In this document: piece after piece, positions 28,921-38,799 of the stretch
Numbering within the stretch: the first letter of the stretch is position 1
Layout of the letters: the number at the start of each line of letters is the position of its first letter
Assembly: GCA_965204375.1 (NCBI GenBank)
Contig: OZ241986.1
Span: forward strand, 3,744,001 to 3,808,000
Length of the DNA stretch: 64,000 nt
Reading direction: 5' to 3'
Source: Candidatus Latescibacterota bacterium
GTDB lineage: Bacteria; Latescibacterota; UBA2968
The notes under the pieces: model-generated
The model's input: only the letters and a program-made list of their open reading frames with translations
Database searches by the model: none
What the model was told of the DNA's origin: nothing
Made by a program: the position numbers and the translations under genes

Positions 28921-29787
28921 ATGGCAAAAAAACCCGTTCAAAAACCAAAAATTAAAATCATGGCAGCAGATTGGTCATTGAGAGATTACCCTTCTCCAAG
29001 AAACCCCTGGACAATTCAGACCAAAGTGCGAAAAGTGAAACAAGCGGGATTTCACGGCATGTCATCCGGGGCTGACCCTGAGTTAGCCGCAGAATTGCAC
29101 AAACAGGGATTGGAAATGGTCGGCGGGGTAGATGTGGGCAGCAAAAAAGAAGCCGACGCAAAAATGAAAGCATTTGCCGACATAGGCGTGGTTCACATCA
29201 ACGTCCAATTGTGCGACCACGACACGCGAACAAAAGACGCGGTAAAAGTCGCGCGAGCAGTCGTAAAAGCCGGAAAAAAGCACAAAGTCACACCCGCAAT
29301 CGAAATCCATCGCGACACATGCACAGAAACACCGGAAAAAGCCTTTGCACTGGCCGATGCATACCGCAAAAAACACAAAAAGAAACTGCGAATGAACTTC
29401 GACCACTCGCACCCGGCAATTATCAAACAACTCCGCCCGCACGAATACTGGGAGCGGCTATCTGAACGCACCGACCTCTTGCAAATGCACGAACTCATCC
29501 ACTTCCGCCCTTTCACAGGCAGCCATTGTCAGACCCCCGTAACAAATGGCAAAGGGCGACTGGATCGCGATTTCAAAATCTGGCTGACGAATTACCTCGA
29601 ACCCGCCCTCGAAGCGTGGATACAGGGCGCGAAACCGGGCAAAACACTCCACATCGTACCCGAACTGGGACCACAAGGCTCTGGATACGCGCTTGCCTGT
29701 TTCCCCGACATCTGGGAGGATGCTATCCGGGAAAAGAACGAGATTATAAAGGTCTGGCGTCGGTTGATGAGAAATTGGAACAAGTAA
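28921..29787 (+). CDS. Xylose isomerase-like TIM barrel protein
   Basis: EIHRDT, DHSH and PELGP motifs; GGAGG RBS before ATG 28921. Confidence 0.75.
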   Translation: MAKKPVQKPKIKIMAADWSLRDYPSPRNPWTIQTKVRKVKQAGFHGMSSGADPELAAELHKQGLEMVGGVDVGSKKEADAKMKAFADIGVVHINVQLCDHDTRTKDAVKVARAVVKAGKKHKVTPAIEIHRDTCTETPEKAFALADAYRKKHKKKLRMNFDHSHPAIIKQLRPHEYWERLSERTDLLQMHELIHFRPFTGSHCQTPVTNGKGRLDRDFKIWLTNYLEPALEAWIQGAKPGKTLHIVPELGPQGSGYALACFPDIWEDAIREKNEIIKVWRRLMRNWNK

Positions 29788-29800
29788 ATGGAGATATAAC

Positions 29801-30586
29801 ATGTCAAATCGCAATGGACAAATCTTGATCGGCTCCATATTGTTGGACCTCAATCGCTGGGGCGATCCCAAAACACCGACCTACGAAGTAAGCGACTGGA
29901 CAGACCGATTTCGGAAAGCCGGATTCGACGGAATGGAACTGTGGGAATATCACGCCACATTGTGTTCAGACGCCGAACGCGAAAAATTGCTATCCTCTAA
30001 TTTCCCCGCAACAATCTACAATACCTATTGCGACTTCGACGACAACTCTGCCGATGCGCGCCAACACGCGGCAGAAATGATCGGCCTATTCGGATCAGCC
30101 GGTGTGAAATTCAACGTGGGAAAAGACCCTGCCCTGCGCGAAACCTATTTGAACAACCTGCGCGCCTGGCGCGAACAAGTCCCACAAACCTGTACATTGC
30201 TCTGCGAATGCCACCCCGGCACAATTGTAGAAGATCCCCATGCAGCCAGAGCATTCTTTGACGGTCTAAGCATCGAAGGCTGGGAAATCATCGTACACTG
30301 CTTCATCCCCGAGATGGACATCTTAAAGCGATGGTTTGATCTCTTTGGTCCCAAAGTCACCCACGCCCACACGCAATTGCGCGACGAAAACAGCAATGTC
30401 CAGTTGCTTCACGACCATCCCGAACGCGCTCAAACGGCATTGGACCTCATGGCCGAATACAAATTCACCGGCTCCATCACTGTCGAATTCGCCAAAGGAA
30501 CGCGCGAACCCGGCGAAAACATGGACGACCTCTGGGCAGCGGCAAAGGCCGATCTGTCATTTTTACGTAGTAAATCCCAACCTTGA
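29801..30586 (+). CDS. Sugar phosphate isomerase/epimerase TIM barrel
   Basis: GFDGMELW, LCECHPGT and ITVEF motifs. Confidence 0.75.
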   Translation: MSNRNGQILIGSILLDLNRWGDPKTPTYEVSDWTDRFRKAGFDGMELWEYHATLCSDAEREKLLSSNFPATIYNTYCDFDDNSADARQHAAEMIGLFGSAGVKFNVGKDPALRETYLNNLRAWREQVPQTCTLLCECHPGTIVEDPHAARAFFDGLSIEGWEIIVHCFIPEMDILKRWFDLFGPKVTHAHTQLRDENSNVQLLHDHPERAQTALDLMAEYKFTGSITVEFAKGTREPGENMDDLWAAAKADLSFLRSKSQP

Positions 30587-30598
30587 ACGGAGTAATAA

Positions 30599-31882
30599 AT
30601 GGCAAAAAAAGTAACAATAGCATTGATTGGCGCCGGGATGTTTGGCGGCGATATTCACGTCCGGGCGTTTGCGGATCTGCAGCGCAACGGCATCAGTGGC
30701 CTGATGGGACGAGTCGGACTCGACGCCTGGGCGCGCGACCTTGCAGACATCGAATTTGATCTGGTAGCAGTAGCCACGCGCAGCGAAGCATCCGCCCAGC
30801 GCGCAAAAGCCAACTTTGAGCAATGGACCGGACACGCGCCCGCACCCTACTGGGGTGAAACCCCCTGGGAAGATGTATTGCGCGACTTTCCAGACCTCGA
30901 CGTAATGGCCGTCGCCACACCAGACAACCTGCACACGCCCGTGGTCCTCGCAGCGCTGAACAACGGCACCCATGTCATCACCGAAAAACCAATGTGTTTA
31001 TCGGTCCACGAAGCCGACGAAATGATCGAACTCGCCAATAAAAAAGGACTGGTATGTGCGGTAGATATGCACAAACGCTATGACCCGGATCACATGCGCA
31101 TCGAGCACGACATCGCCAATCGCATCGGCGACCCCATTTACGGACTCGCCATGCTGGAAGAACCCCTCGAAGTATCCACCAGCATATTTAAGTGGGCAGA
31201 AGAAAGCGACCCCTTCTCCTACGTGGGACCCCACTGGGTCGATCTATTTTACAACTACTACCGCAGCAAACCCGTATCCCTCACAGCCGTAGGACAAAAA
31301 AAACGCCTCGTACGCGACGGGATCGATGCTTATGATGCCGTCCAGGTCCGCGTAGATTTCGACAACGGCATGAGCATTTACTTCCACAACAACTGGATCA
31401 CACCCGATGACTTTGAAGGACCCGTCAACCAGGGACACGAAATAGTCGGCACCGACGGCAAAGTGGAATCCGACCAGCAATATCGCGGATTTCGCTTCTG
31501 GTACGCAGACGGCGGCAGCCAGAGTTCAAACAACCACTTCACGCGCAATGTCAAACGTCCCGACGGCTCAGAAGTCTATGTGGGATATGGCACAGACAGC
31601 ATCATCGTAGCACTCGTCGCAATATGTCGCATCGAATTCTTGGGCGAAACCCTATCAGACGTAAAAGAAATCTATCCCACCGCTGAAGACGGGCGGATCA
31701 CAACGGCAATCGTAGATGCCGCGCGCATCGTCCGCGATCGCAATTTTGAATACATGCGCGAAGGCAAAGGCGCCACAGTCACAGCGCAATTCGGCACAGA
31801 CGGCATCACCATTGTCGATCCCAACCGCGCATCTGACGGACCCGACGCAGTATTTGAAAAAATATACGATAGGCCAGTGTGA
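30599..31882 (+). CDS. Gfo/Idh/MocA family oxidoreductase
   Basis: LIGAGMFG, VATPD..H, TEKPM, HKRYDP and GPHWVD motifs. Confidence 0.9.
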   Translation: MAKKVTIALIGAGMFGGDIHVRAFADLQRNGISGLMGRVGLDAWARDLADIEFDLVAVATRSEASAQRAKANFEQWTGHAPAPYWGETPWEDVLRDFPDLDVMAVATPDNLHTPVVLAALNNGTHVITEKPMCLSVHEADEMIELANKKGLVCAVDMHKRYDPDHMRIEHDIANRIGDPIYGLAMLEEPLEVSTSIFKWAEESDPFSYVGPHWVDLFYNYYRSKPVSLTAVGQKKRLVRDGIDAYDAVQVRVDFDNGMSIYFHNNWITPDDFEGPVNQGHEIVGTDGKVESDQQYRGFRFWYADGGSQSSNNHFTRNVKRPDGSEVYVGYGTDSIIVALVAICRIEFLGETLSDVKEIYPTAEDGRITTAIVDAARIVRDRNFEYMREGKGATVTAQFGTDGITIVDPNRASDGPDAVFEKIYDRPV

Positions 31883-32008
31883 TCCGCAGATGAACGCAGA
31901 TGAACGCAGATGAAAAAGAGGGGCTGGGGATCAGAAGTATGAAGTGTGAAGTGGAGTGGTGGAAGGGTGGCATCCTGTAAATCCTTTAATCTGGGAAATC
32001 CTGATCCA

Positions 32009-33376
32009 ATGGGAAAAGAATTTGACATCACCCCTGTTAACGTACCAAAAGTCGATACAAAATATCGCCGCATTATAACGCCTGTACCCCACCCAGACTC
32101 GGTGGCAACTTTGGAAACCCTGCACCGGGTAGAACCCATCTCCATGCGCGGACAACCACCCATTGTATGGGACCGCGCAGAAGATTGTCAGGTCTATGAC
32201 AAATACGGCAACATGTGGCTCGACTGGAGCTCCGGCGTACTCGTCACCAATGCCGGGCACGGCATGCCCGAAGTTCGGCGTGCAATCGTAGATCAGGTAC
32301 GCACCGGGCTATTGCACAACTACGTATTCCCCAGCGAAGAACGGGCGCAACTCGTCGAATTTTTGATAGAACTGGCACCAGAAGGGTTAGACAAAGCATT
32401 TCTACTAACAACCGGATCTGAAAGCACAGAAAACGCCTTAAAACTCGCGCGAACGCATGGCATTTCAACCGGAGGAAAAAAGAAAATCGGCTTTGTGGGA
32501 TTTGAACGCGGATTTCACGGACGCACAATGGGCGCACAGCAAGTCGGCGGAATGCCCGGACAAAAAGACTGGATCGGAAACGAAGACCCCGCCATCGTAC
32601 AGGTACCCTTTCCCGACGGATATTGGACGGAAAACGTGGATTTCGACTTCTTCTGCTCTACACTCCAGGACAAAGGACTAAATGCAGACGACGTATGCGG
32701 CGTCATGCTCGAAACATATCAGGGCGTGGGACCCGATTTCGCGCCTGTAGCGTACGTACAGGCACTATCTGAATGGTGCAAAGCACACGGCGCCCTCTTG
32801 ATCTTTGATGAAGTACAGGCGGGATTTGGTCGCACCGGAAAAATGTGGGGATTTGAGCACTACGGCGTAACACCCGACCTGATATGCTTTGGCAAAGGCG
32901 TAAGCAGTTCCTTGCCCCTATCGGGCGTAATCGGCAAATCCGAAGCCATGGACTTATACCCCCCCGGATCAATGACCAGCACCCACACGGGCAACCCCGT
33001 CTGTTGTGCAGCGGCACTCGCCAGCCTGAAAAAAATCGTAAACGACGATCTAACCGGCAATGCAGCACGCCTCGAGCCAGTATTGATGAACGGAATCAAA
33101 AAAATTCAAGCCGCACATCCCGATGTAGTCGGACACGTAACATGCAAAGGACTCGTAGGCGGCGTACAAATGGTAAAAGCCGGAGAAAAAGAACCCAACC
33201 CGGACCTGGCGCACGAAATTGTACTGCGTTGTTTTCACAAAGGACTGCTATTCTTTGCCCCTGTGGGCGCGTGGGGACAAACCGTAAAAATCTCTCCGCC
33301 CTTAACCATTGAACAAGACGCGCTCGAAGACGGCATACAGGTACTCGCTGAAGTTGTAGATGAAGTACAGAAGTAA
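32009..33376 (+). CDS. Class III PLP-dependent aminotransferase
   Basis: GSES.ENALK, FHGRT, FDEVQAGFGRTG and FGKG motifs. Confidence 0.92.
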   Translation: MGKEFDITPVNVPKVDTKYRRIITPVPHPDSVATLETLHRVEPISMRGQPPIVWDRAEDCQVYDKYGNMWLDWSSGVLVTNAGHGMPEVRRAIVDQVRTGLLHNYVFPSEERAQLVEFLIELAPEGLDKAFLLTTGSESTENALKLARTHGISTGGKKKIGFVGFERGFHGRTMGAQQVGGMPGQKDWIGNEDPAIVQVPFPDGYWTENVDFDFFCSTLQDKGLNADDVCGVMLETYQGVGPDFAPVAYVQALSEWCKAHGALLIFDEVQAGFGRTGKMWGFEHYGVTPDLICFGKGVSSSLPLSGVIGKSEAMDLYPPGSMTSTHTGNPVCCAAALASLKKIVNDDLTGNAARLEPVLMNGIKKIQAAHPDVVGHVTCKGLVGGVQMVKAGEKEPNPDLAHEIVLRCFHKGLLFFAPVGAWGQTVKISPPLTIEQDALEDGIQVLAEVVDEVQK

Positions 33377-33422
33377 GAGAGCTTCAACCAATCCCCAACC
33401 CCCAGCCCCTTAAGGATTTAAT

Positions 33423-34592
33423 ATGTCAAACGAAAAACGCGGACGACTGCGCGAAATAGCGGCATTATTCTTTAAACTCGGCGTAATAGGCTTTGGTGGA
33501 CCCGCAGCGCACATCGCCCTGATGGAAGACGAAGTAGTTGAAAAGCGCGCGTGGCTATCGCGCGAGCGATTCTTAGACCTCGTCGGCGTAACGAGCATCA
33601 TCCCCGGCCCAAACTCGACGGAAATGGCAATACACCTGGGATTCTTGCGCGGCGGTTGGATCGGCCTATTACTGGCTGGCGGATGTTTTATATTCCCCGC
33701 CGTTACATTGACAACAATCCTCGCCTGGGCCTACATGACTTATGGCGCCATCCCAGAGGTTGCCGACCTGCTCTATGGCATCAAACCAGCGGTACTCGCC
33801 GTCATTCTGGGCGCACTCTGGCGGCTGGGCCAAAAAGCTGTAAAAGGCTGGCGACTGAGCTTCCTCGGCCTGGCTGTGATGCTCGTAGCCCTCACGCAAT
33901 TTAGCGGCGTCCTCGCACTGATTGGCGGTGGAATCATCGGGATGTTCTGGCTGAGAATGACGCGACCAAGAGACCGCGAACACATGGCCGTAATAGCACC
34001 TGTGGCTGGCACGGGATTGACAATGCTCGCAAGCCAGGGCGCCGTATCCGCAGCAGGACCAACACTCTGGGCACTGGGCCTATTCTTTCTAAAAATTGGC
34101 GCAATCCTCTACGGCAGCGGATACTTACTCATTGCATTCCTCGAAGAAGAACTTGTACAGGGATATGCCTGGCTAACCCAGGAACAATTGCTGGAAGCCA
34201 TTGCCATCGGCCAGTTCACGCCCGGACCCGTATTATCGACCGCAGCCTTCATCGGTTATCTCGTCACCGGCGGCAAATTATCCGGCGCACTCGTCGCTGC
34301 TGGCGCGATCTTCTTGCCCTCCTTTATCTTTGTCGCTGCCCTGAATCCCCTCTTGCCCCGGCTGCGCGAATCTGAATGGGTGGCGTCATTCCTCGACGCC
34401 GTAAACGTCTGCGCCGTAGGATTGATGGCCGCTGTAACAATAGAACTGGGCTATCTAACCCTGGATTCAATACCCAAAATGGCAATCGCAGGCATCGCAT
34501 CCATTCTGATATTGTGGCGCGGAATCGGCGCAGTATGGCTGGTCGTTGGCGGCGCCGTTGTGGGTTGGATCATCCTCGCCGCGGGCTTTTAG
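33423..34592 (+). CDS. chrA: Chromate efflux transporter (long-chain CHR)
   Basis: FGGPAAHI, PGPNSTE and GQFTPGP motifs; two homologous halves. Confidence 0.92.
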   Translation: MSNEKRGRLREIAALFFKLGVIGFGGPAAHIALMEDEVVEKRAWLSRERFLDLVGVTSIIPGPNSTEMAIHLGFLRGGWIGLLLAGGCFIFPAVTLTTILAWAYMTYGAIPEVADLLYGIKPAVLAVILGALWRLGQKAVKGWRLSFLGLAVMLVALTQFSGVLALIGGGIIGMFWLRMTRPRDREHMAVIAPVAGTGLTMLASQGAVSAAGPTLWALGLFFLKIGAILYGSGYLLIAFLEEELVQGYAWLTQEQLLEAIAIGQFTPGPVLSTAAFIGYLVTGGKLSGALVAAGAIFLPSFIFVAALNPLLPRLRESEWVASFLDAVNVCAVGLMAAVTIELGYLTLDSIPKMAIAGIASILILWRGIGAVWLVVGGAVVGWIILAAGF

Positions 34593-34594
34593 GG

Positions 34595-35485
34595 ATGAAC
34601 CAGGAATATCTCAAACCCGAAGTCGTCTCCCGGCTCGCGCGCCTGGACCTGATCGCCCGCATGGTCGTCGAAGGATTTATCACTGGCCTGCATCAAAGCC
34701 CCTATCACGGATTCTCCGTCGAATTTTCCGAATACCGGCAATACATGCCGGGTGACTCACTGCGCGACCTGGACTGGAAAGTATTTGGCAAAACCGACCG
34801 CCTCTACGTCAAACAATACGAAGAAGAAACCAACCTCAAATCCCATCTCCTCATAGACGCCAGTGCCTCAATGGCATATCGCTCGGACGCCATCACCAAA
34901 TTCCAATACGCATCTTACACCGCAGCCGCCCTCTCCCACCTCATGTTGCGCCAGCGCGACGCCGTCGGATTAATCGCCTTTGACGACCGCATTCGCACGT
35001 ATCTGCAGCCCCGCTCAGTCACCAGTCATTTGCACACCCTGCTGACCATGCTCCAAAACACCAGCCCCGAAGGCACCGATACCGACCTTGCCGCCACCTT
35101 TCACGAACTGGCAGAACGCATTGTGCGCCGCGGCCTCGTCATCGTCATCTCCGACCTCTTCGACGACCCGGATCGCCTGCTCAACGGCCTCAAACACTTT
35201 CGCCATCGCAACCACGAAGTCATCGTCTTCCACATCCTGGACCCCCGAGAGCGCGACCTCGACTTCAACCGCGAAATGCGCTTCGTCGATCTCGAATCCG
35301 GCACGCAAATCGCCACAGAACCCTGGCACCTCGCACCCGAGTACCGCGACCACATGGAAACCCTCATCGATCGCTTTCGCCGCGAATGCCGCGAAGCCAT
35401 GATCGACTACGTCCTCCTCGAAACCTCAGAACCCTTTGACACCGCCCTCTTCAACTACCTCGCAAAACGCAAAAAATTGATGTGA
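34595..35485 (+). CDS. DUF58 (VWA-like, MoxR-associated) protein
   Basis: G.H.SPYHGFSVEF.EYRQY.PGD..R.LDWK, DASASM and ISD motifs. Confidence 0.9.
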   Translation: MNQEYLKPEVVSRLARLDLIARMVVEGFITGLHQSPYHGFSVEFSEYRQYMPGDSLRDLDWKVFGKTDRLYVKQYEEETNLKSHLLIDASASMAYRSDAITKFQYASYTAAALSHLMLRQRDAVGLIAFDDRIRTYLQPRSVTSHLHTLLTMLQNTSPEGTDTDLAATFHELAERIVRRGLVIVISDLFDDPDRLLNGLKHFRHRNHEVIVFHILDPRERDLDFNREMRFVDLESGTQIATEPWHLAPEYRDHMETLIDRFRRECREAMIDYVLLETSEPFDTALFNYLAKRKKLM

Positions 35486-35492
35486 AAAAAAC

Positions 35493-35528
35493 CAAACCCC
35501 CATCGCAAAAATGCGCGATGGGGGTTTG
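35493..35528. terminator. Hairpin terminator between convergent genes
   Basis: 14-bp stem CAAACCCCCATCGC / GCGATGGGGGTTTG with an A-tract upstream. Confidence 0.8.
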
Positions 35529-35550
35529 TATGTGCTATCGTGTACATGCC

Positions 35551-36570
35551 TCAAAGAGCCTTCAAAACATTCTTCAAAATACGCTCTTCCCTTTGAGAAA
35601 TATCATCTAACAAGGTGATAATCTTCAGAATACGATCCACATCCCACGTTCTCTTAATCTCCCCTAACGCTCGCAATTTAAGCATCATCAGATGAACCTG
35701 ATGCGCCTTGTGCTCAACCTCTTTGTACGCCTGATGAAACTGGTCTGACGGACGCAAATACCCGCGATCCTCCAGATAAGCAAGCCTATCCAACATACAA
35801 CGCTTGTGCTCCCAAAGCGTGAATAAATGCCGCCGATCCCACAACCGAGGATGGACAAACAAATGCGTAAAGTAATCTCGCAAAAGCTTATACGTCGCCA
35901 TCCCAAAGACGCCTTCAACTGGCTTGCACAACGTCCGGTAGTGGAGAGACGGATTCTCAGAATGGATGTAGGCTCGCAACTGGTCAATGACAGCATCAAT
36001 ATCAAACTCATAGATACCGTCCTCATCATACTCAAAAAGAGTCACCAGGTACGATCTGGGTTTCTCGGGATCAATCCAGCGAAACGCCGCTTCAAATTCT
36101 GAATATGCAACCCTTGAAACAGCGTAACTCCGCGCTCGATTGAATCCCAGAGTCTCAAGCGTTTCTGTATCGTCATCGTATCCGAATACCATAATAGCAT
36201 GCGGATGATGAATTTTCTCATAAAATGATGTATGCGGCAAGAAATACTCATCGGCAGTTAACTGGACATAGAAGCCCTCATCAATTTGATCGCGAATAAA
36301 CGGCACAATCTGGTTATATACTCTGACGATTGATCGCCTTGGAACAGTGTAGATAGACAGCCACGGCGGGGAGTACTGGCCTTGAAAATAGAAGTTGAAT
36401 CGGATGTTATGTTTGTTCTCATGCAACAGGTCAACGGCGAATAGCTGTATGTAATTGCAGAAGAATCAGGGAATATAATCATCCTGAAGTGACATAATCG
36501 AAAGCCGATAGCCATGTCGAGGATAGCCGTGTATGGGTGGGGATACCTGGATGGGAAGTGTTTTTTTCAT
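35551..36570 (-). pseudogene. BtrH-like (papain-fold) putative ACP-dependent acyltransferase with in-frame TGA at codon 35
   Basis: ATG 36570: MKKTLPI..PPI.GY...LSI...YIP*FFCNYIQL, continuing in frame into the 291-aa ORF (DEYFLP...HHPHAIMVFGYDD...LWEHK..M..RL.YL). TGA is at 36466-36468. Confidence 0.7.
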
Positions 36571-36622
36571 AATATGTCTCAAAAGCTATGCCATCTGAGT
36601 GCGAGCGAAAAATCTATTCTGT

Positions 36623-36889
36623 CTATCCGGCAGCAGGTACCTTCTGTCGTGCTGTGCGAACATAATCAGCCATGGTCTGTACGCTATCAAACAGTTCCAC
36701 GCGCAACTCTTCATCTGGTACTTCAATGTCAAATTCCTCTTCCAGACCCACAATGATCTCAATAGTCGCCATTGAATTAAGCCCCAGACCACCGCCAAAA
36801 AGCGCGTCGTCATCGTCAATTTCTTCTGCATCAACTTCAAGAGACAACGTGCGAATGATCACCTGTTTGACCCGATGTTCAATAGACAT
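36623..36889 (-). CDS. Acyl carrier protein
   Basis: Acidic 88 aa; LGLNSM phosphopantetheine Ser motif and LEEEFDIEVPDEEL; AGGAGG RBS. Confidence 0.9.
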   Translation of the reverse strand: MSIEHRVKQVIIRTLSLEVDAEEIDDDDALFGGGLGLNSMATIEIIVGLEEEFDIEVPDEELRVELFDSVQTMADYVRTARQKVPAAG

Positions 36890-36897
36890 AACCCCTC

Positions 36898-38799
36898 CTA
36901 TGCGATAGTTGATGTATCATCCTTTGAAAAATATTGAATCACAGTTTCCACAAGACGCTGTTGACCCGTCTCTGAAAGAATCTCAATCGCGGGCACACAA
37001 AAATTATCTTCTAATTTTTTTAGGTGACAATTAATTTGAGATTGTGCCATCTTTTTGGGCGTGATCATACTGCGCCCATAAGCTGTTCGGATATGTTTTT
37101 CGTGGTCTCCCATCGCGAGTAAGATAGTCGGTGCTTTGCACACGGCACGTATGCCATCAATTGTATCTCGGATGTATTCTTCTGCATCAATGCTGTTGAC
37201 CACCAGAATACAGGCATCGGGTTTTACCCCCAGTAAAAACGCCAGTGAAGACAAGCAATGTGTGCTGTGTTCCTGGACATGATAGGGAATGGTCCCCGAC
37301 TGAGAGCCTGTCAGGATAATATCGGGCTGTGTGCGCTGGCAAATCTCCCGAATTTTGTAATCCAGATACGGTATGTAATGTTGAAATGGCAGTTTGAGCG
37401 GCGAAGCGTAGCCCATTGGAAAAGCAGCATCCATGCCAAATAGCCGAGAATGGTGCTCTGTGCCAATCTGCCCGACTTTATAGCCCTTTTTGATGAGTCT
37501 GCGCCTGAGCGCAAGTTGCAAAGTGAACTTGCCCTGCTGAGAACTCGTGCCCATCACAGAAAGCACTGGCACATCTACAGGCGGGAGCGTGTTGAAATTT
37601 TGAATGGCCTGTGTGATTTCTTCTCTATGAATGTGAGGATAGGCAAGGCGCAGTCCCTTCTTATCCGCTGTATCATACAGATCGCCGTAAACGGTTGGAT
37701 CAAGTGCCTGAAAACTGAACACATGACATTCCTCATCAAGAGCCAATTGCACATATTCTCTGAGCAAATCGCGCTTGCGGATGCGAGATAGTTGATCCAC
37801 ATAGCCGAGAATGAGCGTATCTGCATCTGCCATTGTGTGCCGGATATTCGGGCTAATCCGCAAATTTACCTGAGATTCGCCAATCACCTTACTCGCATCT
37901 TTGCCCACTATCCCCTTTCCAATGGGGTCGGCGACACCGACAATCTCAAACGCGAGCAAATCGCGATAGCGCACCAGACTGTGCATCTCTTTGTTATACG
38001 GATACAACACGGCTTTCTTGATATAGGCATAGTCCTCTTGAAAATCTTTTTGGTGTGACTGAAGACCAGATTTGGACTTATTTTGACCTTGAGATATTTC
38101 GTTTAATGCTTTTTCTTTTAATAATAATCGAATATCTTGAACCGAACATTTTGGATGCTGTTCCAACAGGTGTGCGATAATACCCGTGATATGGGGTGCG
38201 GCAAAGCTGTTTCCTCCGGTCATAATATGTTTGCCGTTTAACCAGCACACGCGCTGTTCATCCCCTCGCGCTACACATTCGATGCGCTGATCTTCGCGGT
38301 AATAAAATCCATCTGCTTCATAAATCGCACCACCTGTCACACCAATCACTTCGGGAAATACCGCAGGATAACTCTCACGTCCGTCATTACTCTCAGCAAC
38401 TACGAGAATTACGCCAGCATCAATTGCTTTGCGGCACACCTTTTGAAGAGATTTCTTAAACGTCACATCCGTCGTGCCCAGGCTCAAATTCACCACATCC
38501 ATCTTGTTGTCAATGCACCACTGAATCGCCGCAATGAGTGCCCGTCCATCTGCCATCAAAGATGCATCAAAAATCCGCACGCTATAAAGTGCTGCATTAG
38601 GGGCCTTCTTGCGAATAATTCCAGCACACGCCGTACCATGCCCTGCACAGTCGGCGTGGTTATCTAAAAATACAATCCCACATTCTTCACCAACCTGAAT
38701 ATGAATACCACCCGAAATTTCACCTACATCAGGATGCGGAGCGTCTATGCCGCTATCGACAATGGCAAGCCGGATTTGAGAGGGATTTTCTTTAAACAT
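36898..38799 (-). CDS. S8 subtilase fused to a DUF1611/TIGR04066-like P-loop domain
   Basis: N-terminal VDSG, GHGTACAG and GNSFAAP triad motifs. C-terminal YPYNKEMHSL..., GTSSQQGKFT P-loop, GQIGTE and GSQSG. No signal peptide. Confidence 0.85.
   Translation of the reverse strand: MFKENPSQIRLAIVDSGIDAPHPDVGEISGGIHIQVGEECGIVFLDNHADCAGHGTACAGIIRKKAPNAALYSVRIFDASLMADGRALIAAIQWCIDNKMDVVNLSLGTTDVTFKKSLQKVCRKAIDAGVILVVAESNDGRESYPAVFPEVIGVTGGAIYEADGFYYREDQRIECVARGDEQRVCWLNGKHIMTGGNSFAAPHITGIIAHLLEQHPKCSVQDIRLLLKEKALNEISQGQNKSKSGLQSHQKDFQEDYAYIKKAVLYPYNKEMHSLVRYRDLLAFEIVGVADPIGKGIVGKDASKVIGESQVNLRISPNIRHTMADADTLILGYVDQLSRIRKRDLLREYVQLALDEECHVFSFQALDPTVYGDLYDTADKKGLRLAYPHIHREEITQAIQNFNTLPPVDVPVLSVMGTSSQQGKFTLQLALRRRLIKKGYKVGQIGTEHHSRLFGMDAAFPMGYASPLKLPFQHYIPYLDYKIREICQRTQPDIILTGSQSGTIPYHVQEHSTHCLSSLAFLLGVKPDACILVVNSIDAEEYIRDTIDGIRAVCKAPTILLAMGDHEKHIRTAYGRSMITPKKMAQSQINCHLKKLEDNFCVPAIEILSETGQQRLVETVIQYFSKDDTSTIA

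Noticed and set aside
36466-36468. Selenocysteine or alternative-code reading of the in-frame TGA
   Set aside because: The context suggests Trp rather than Cys, I see no convincing SECIS hairpin downstream, and TGA is a normal stop throughout the window.
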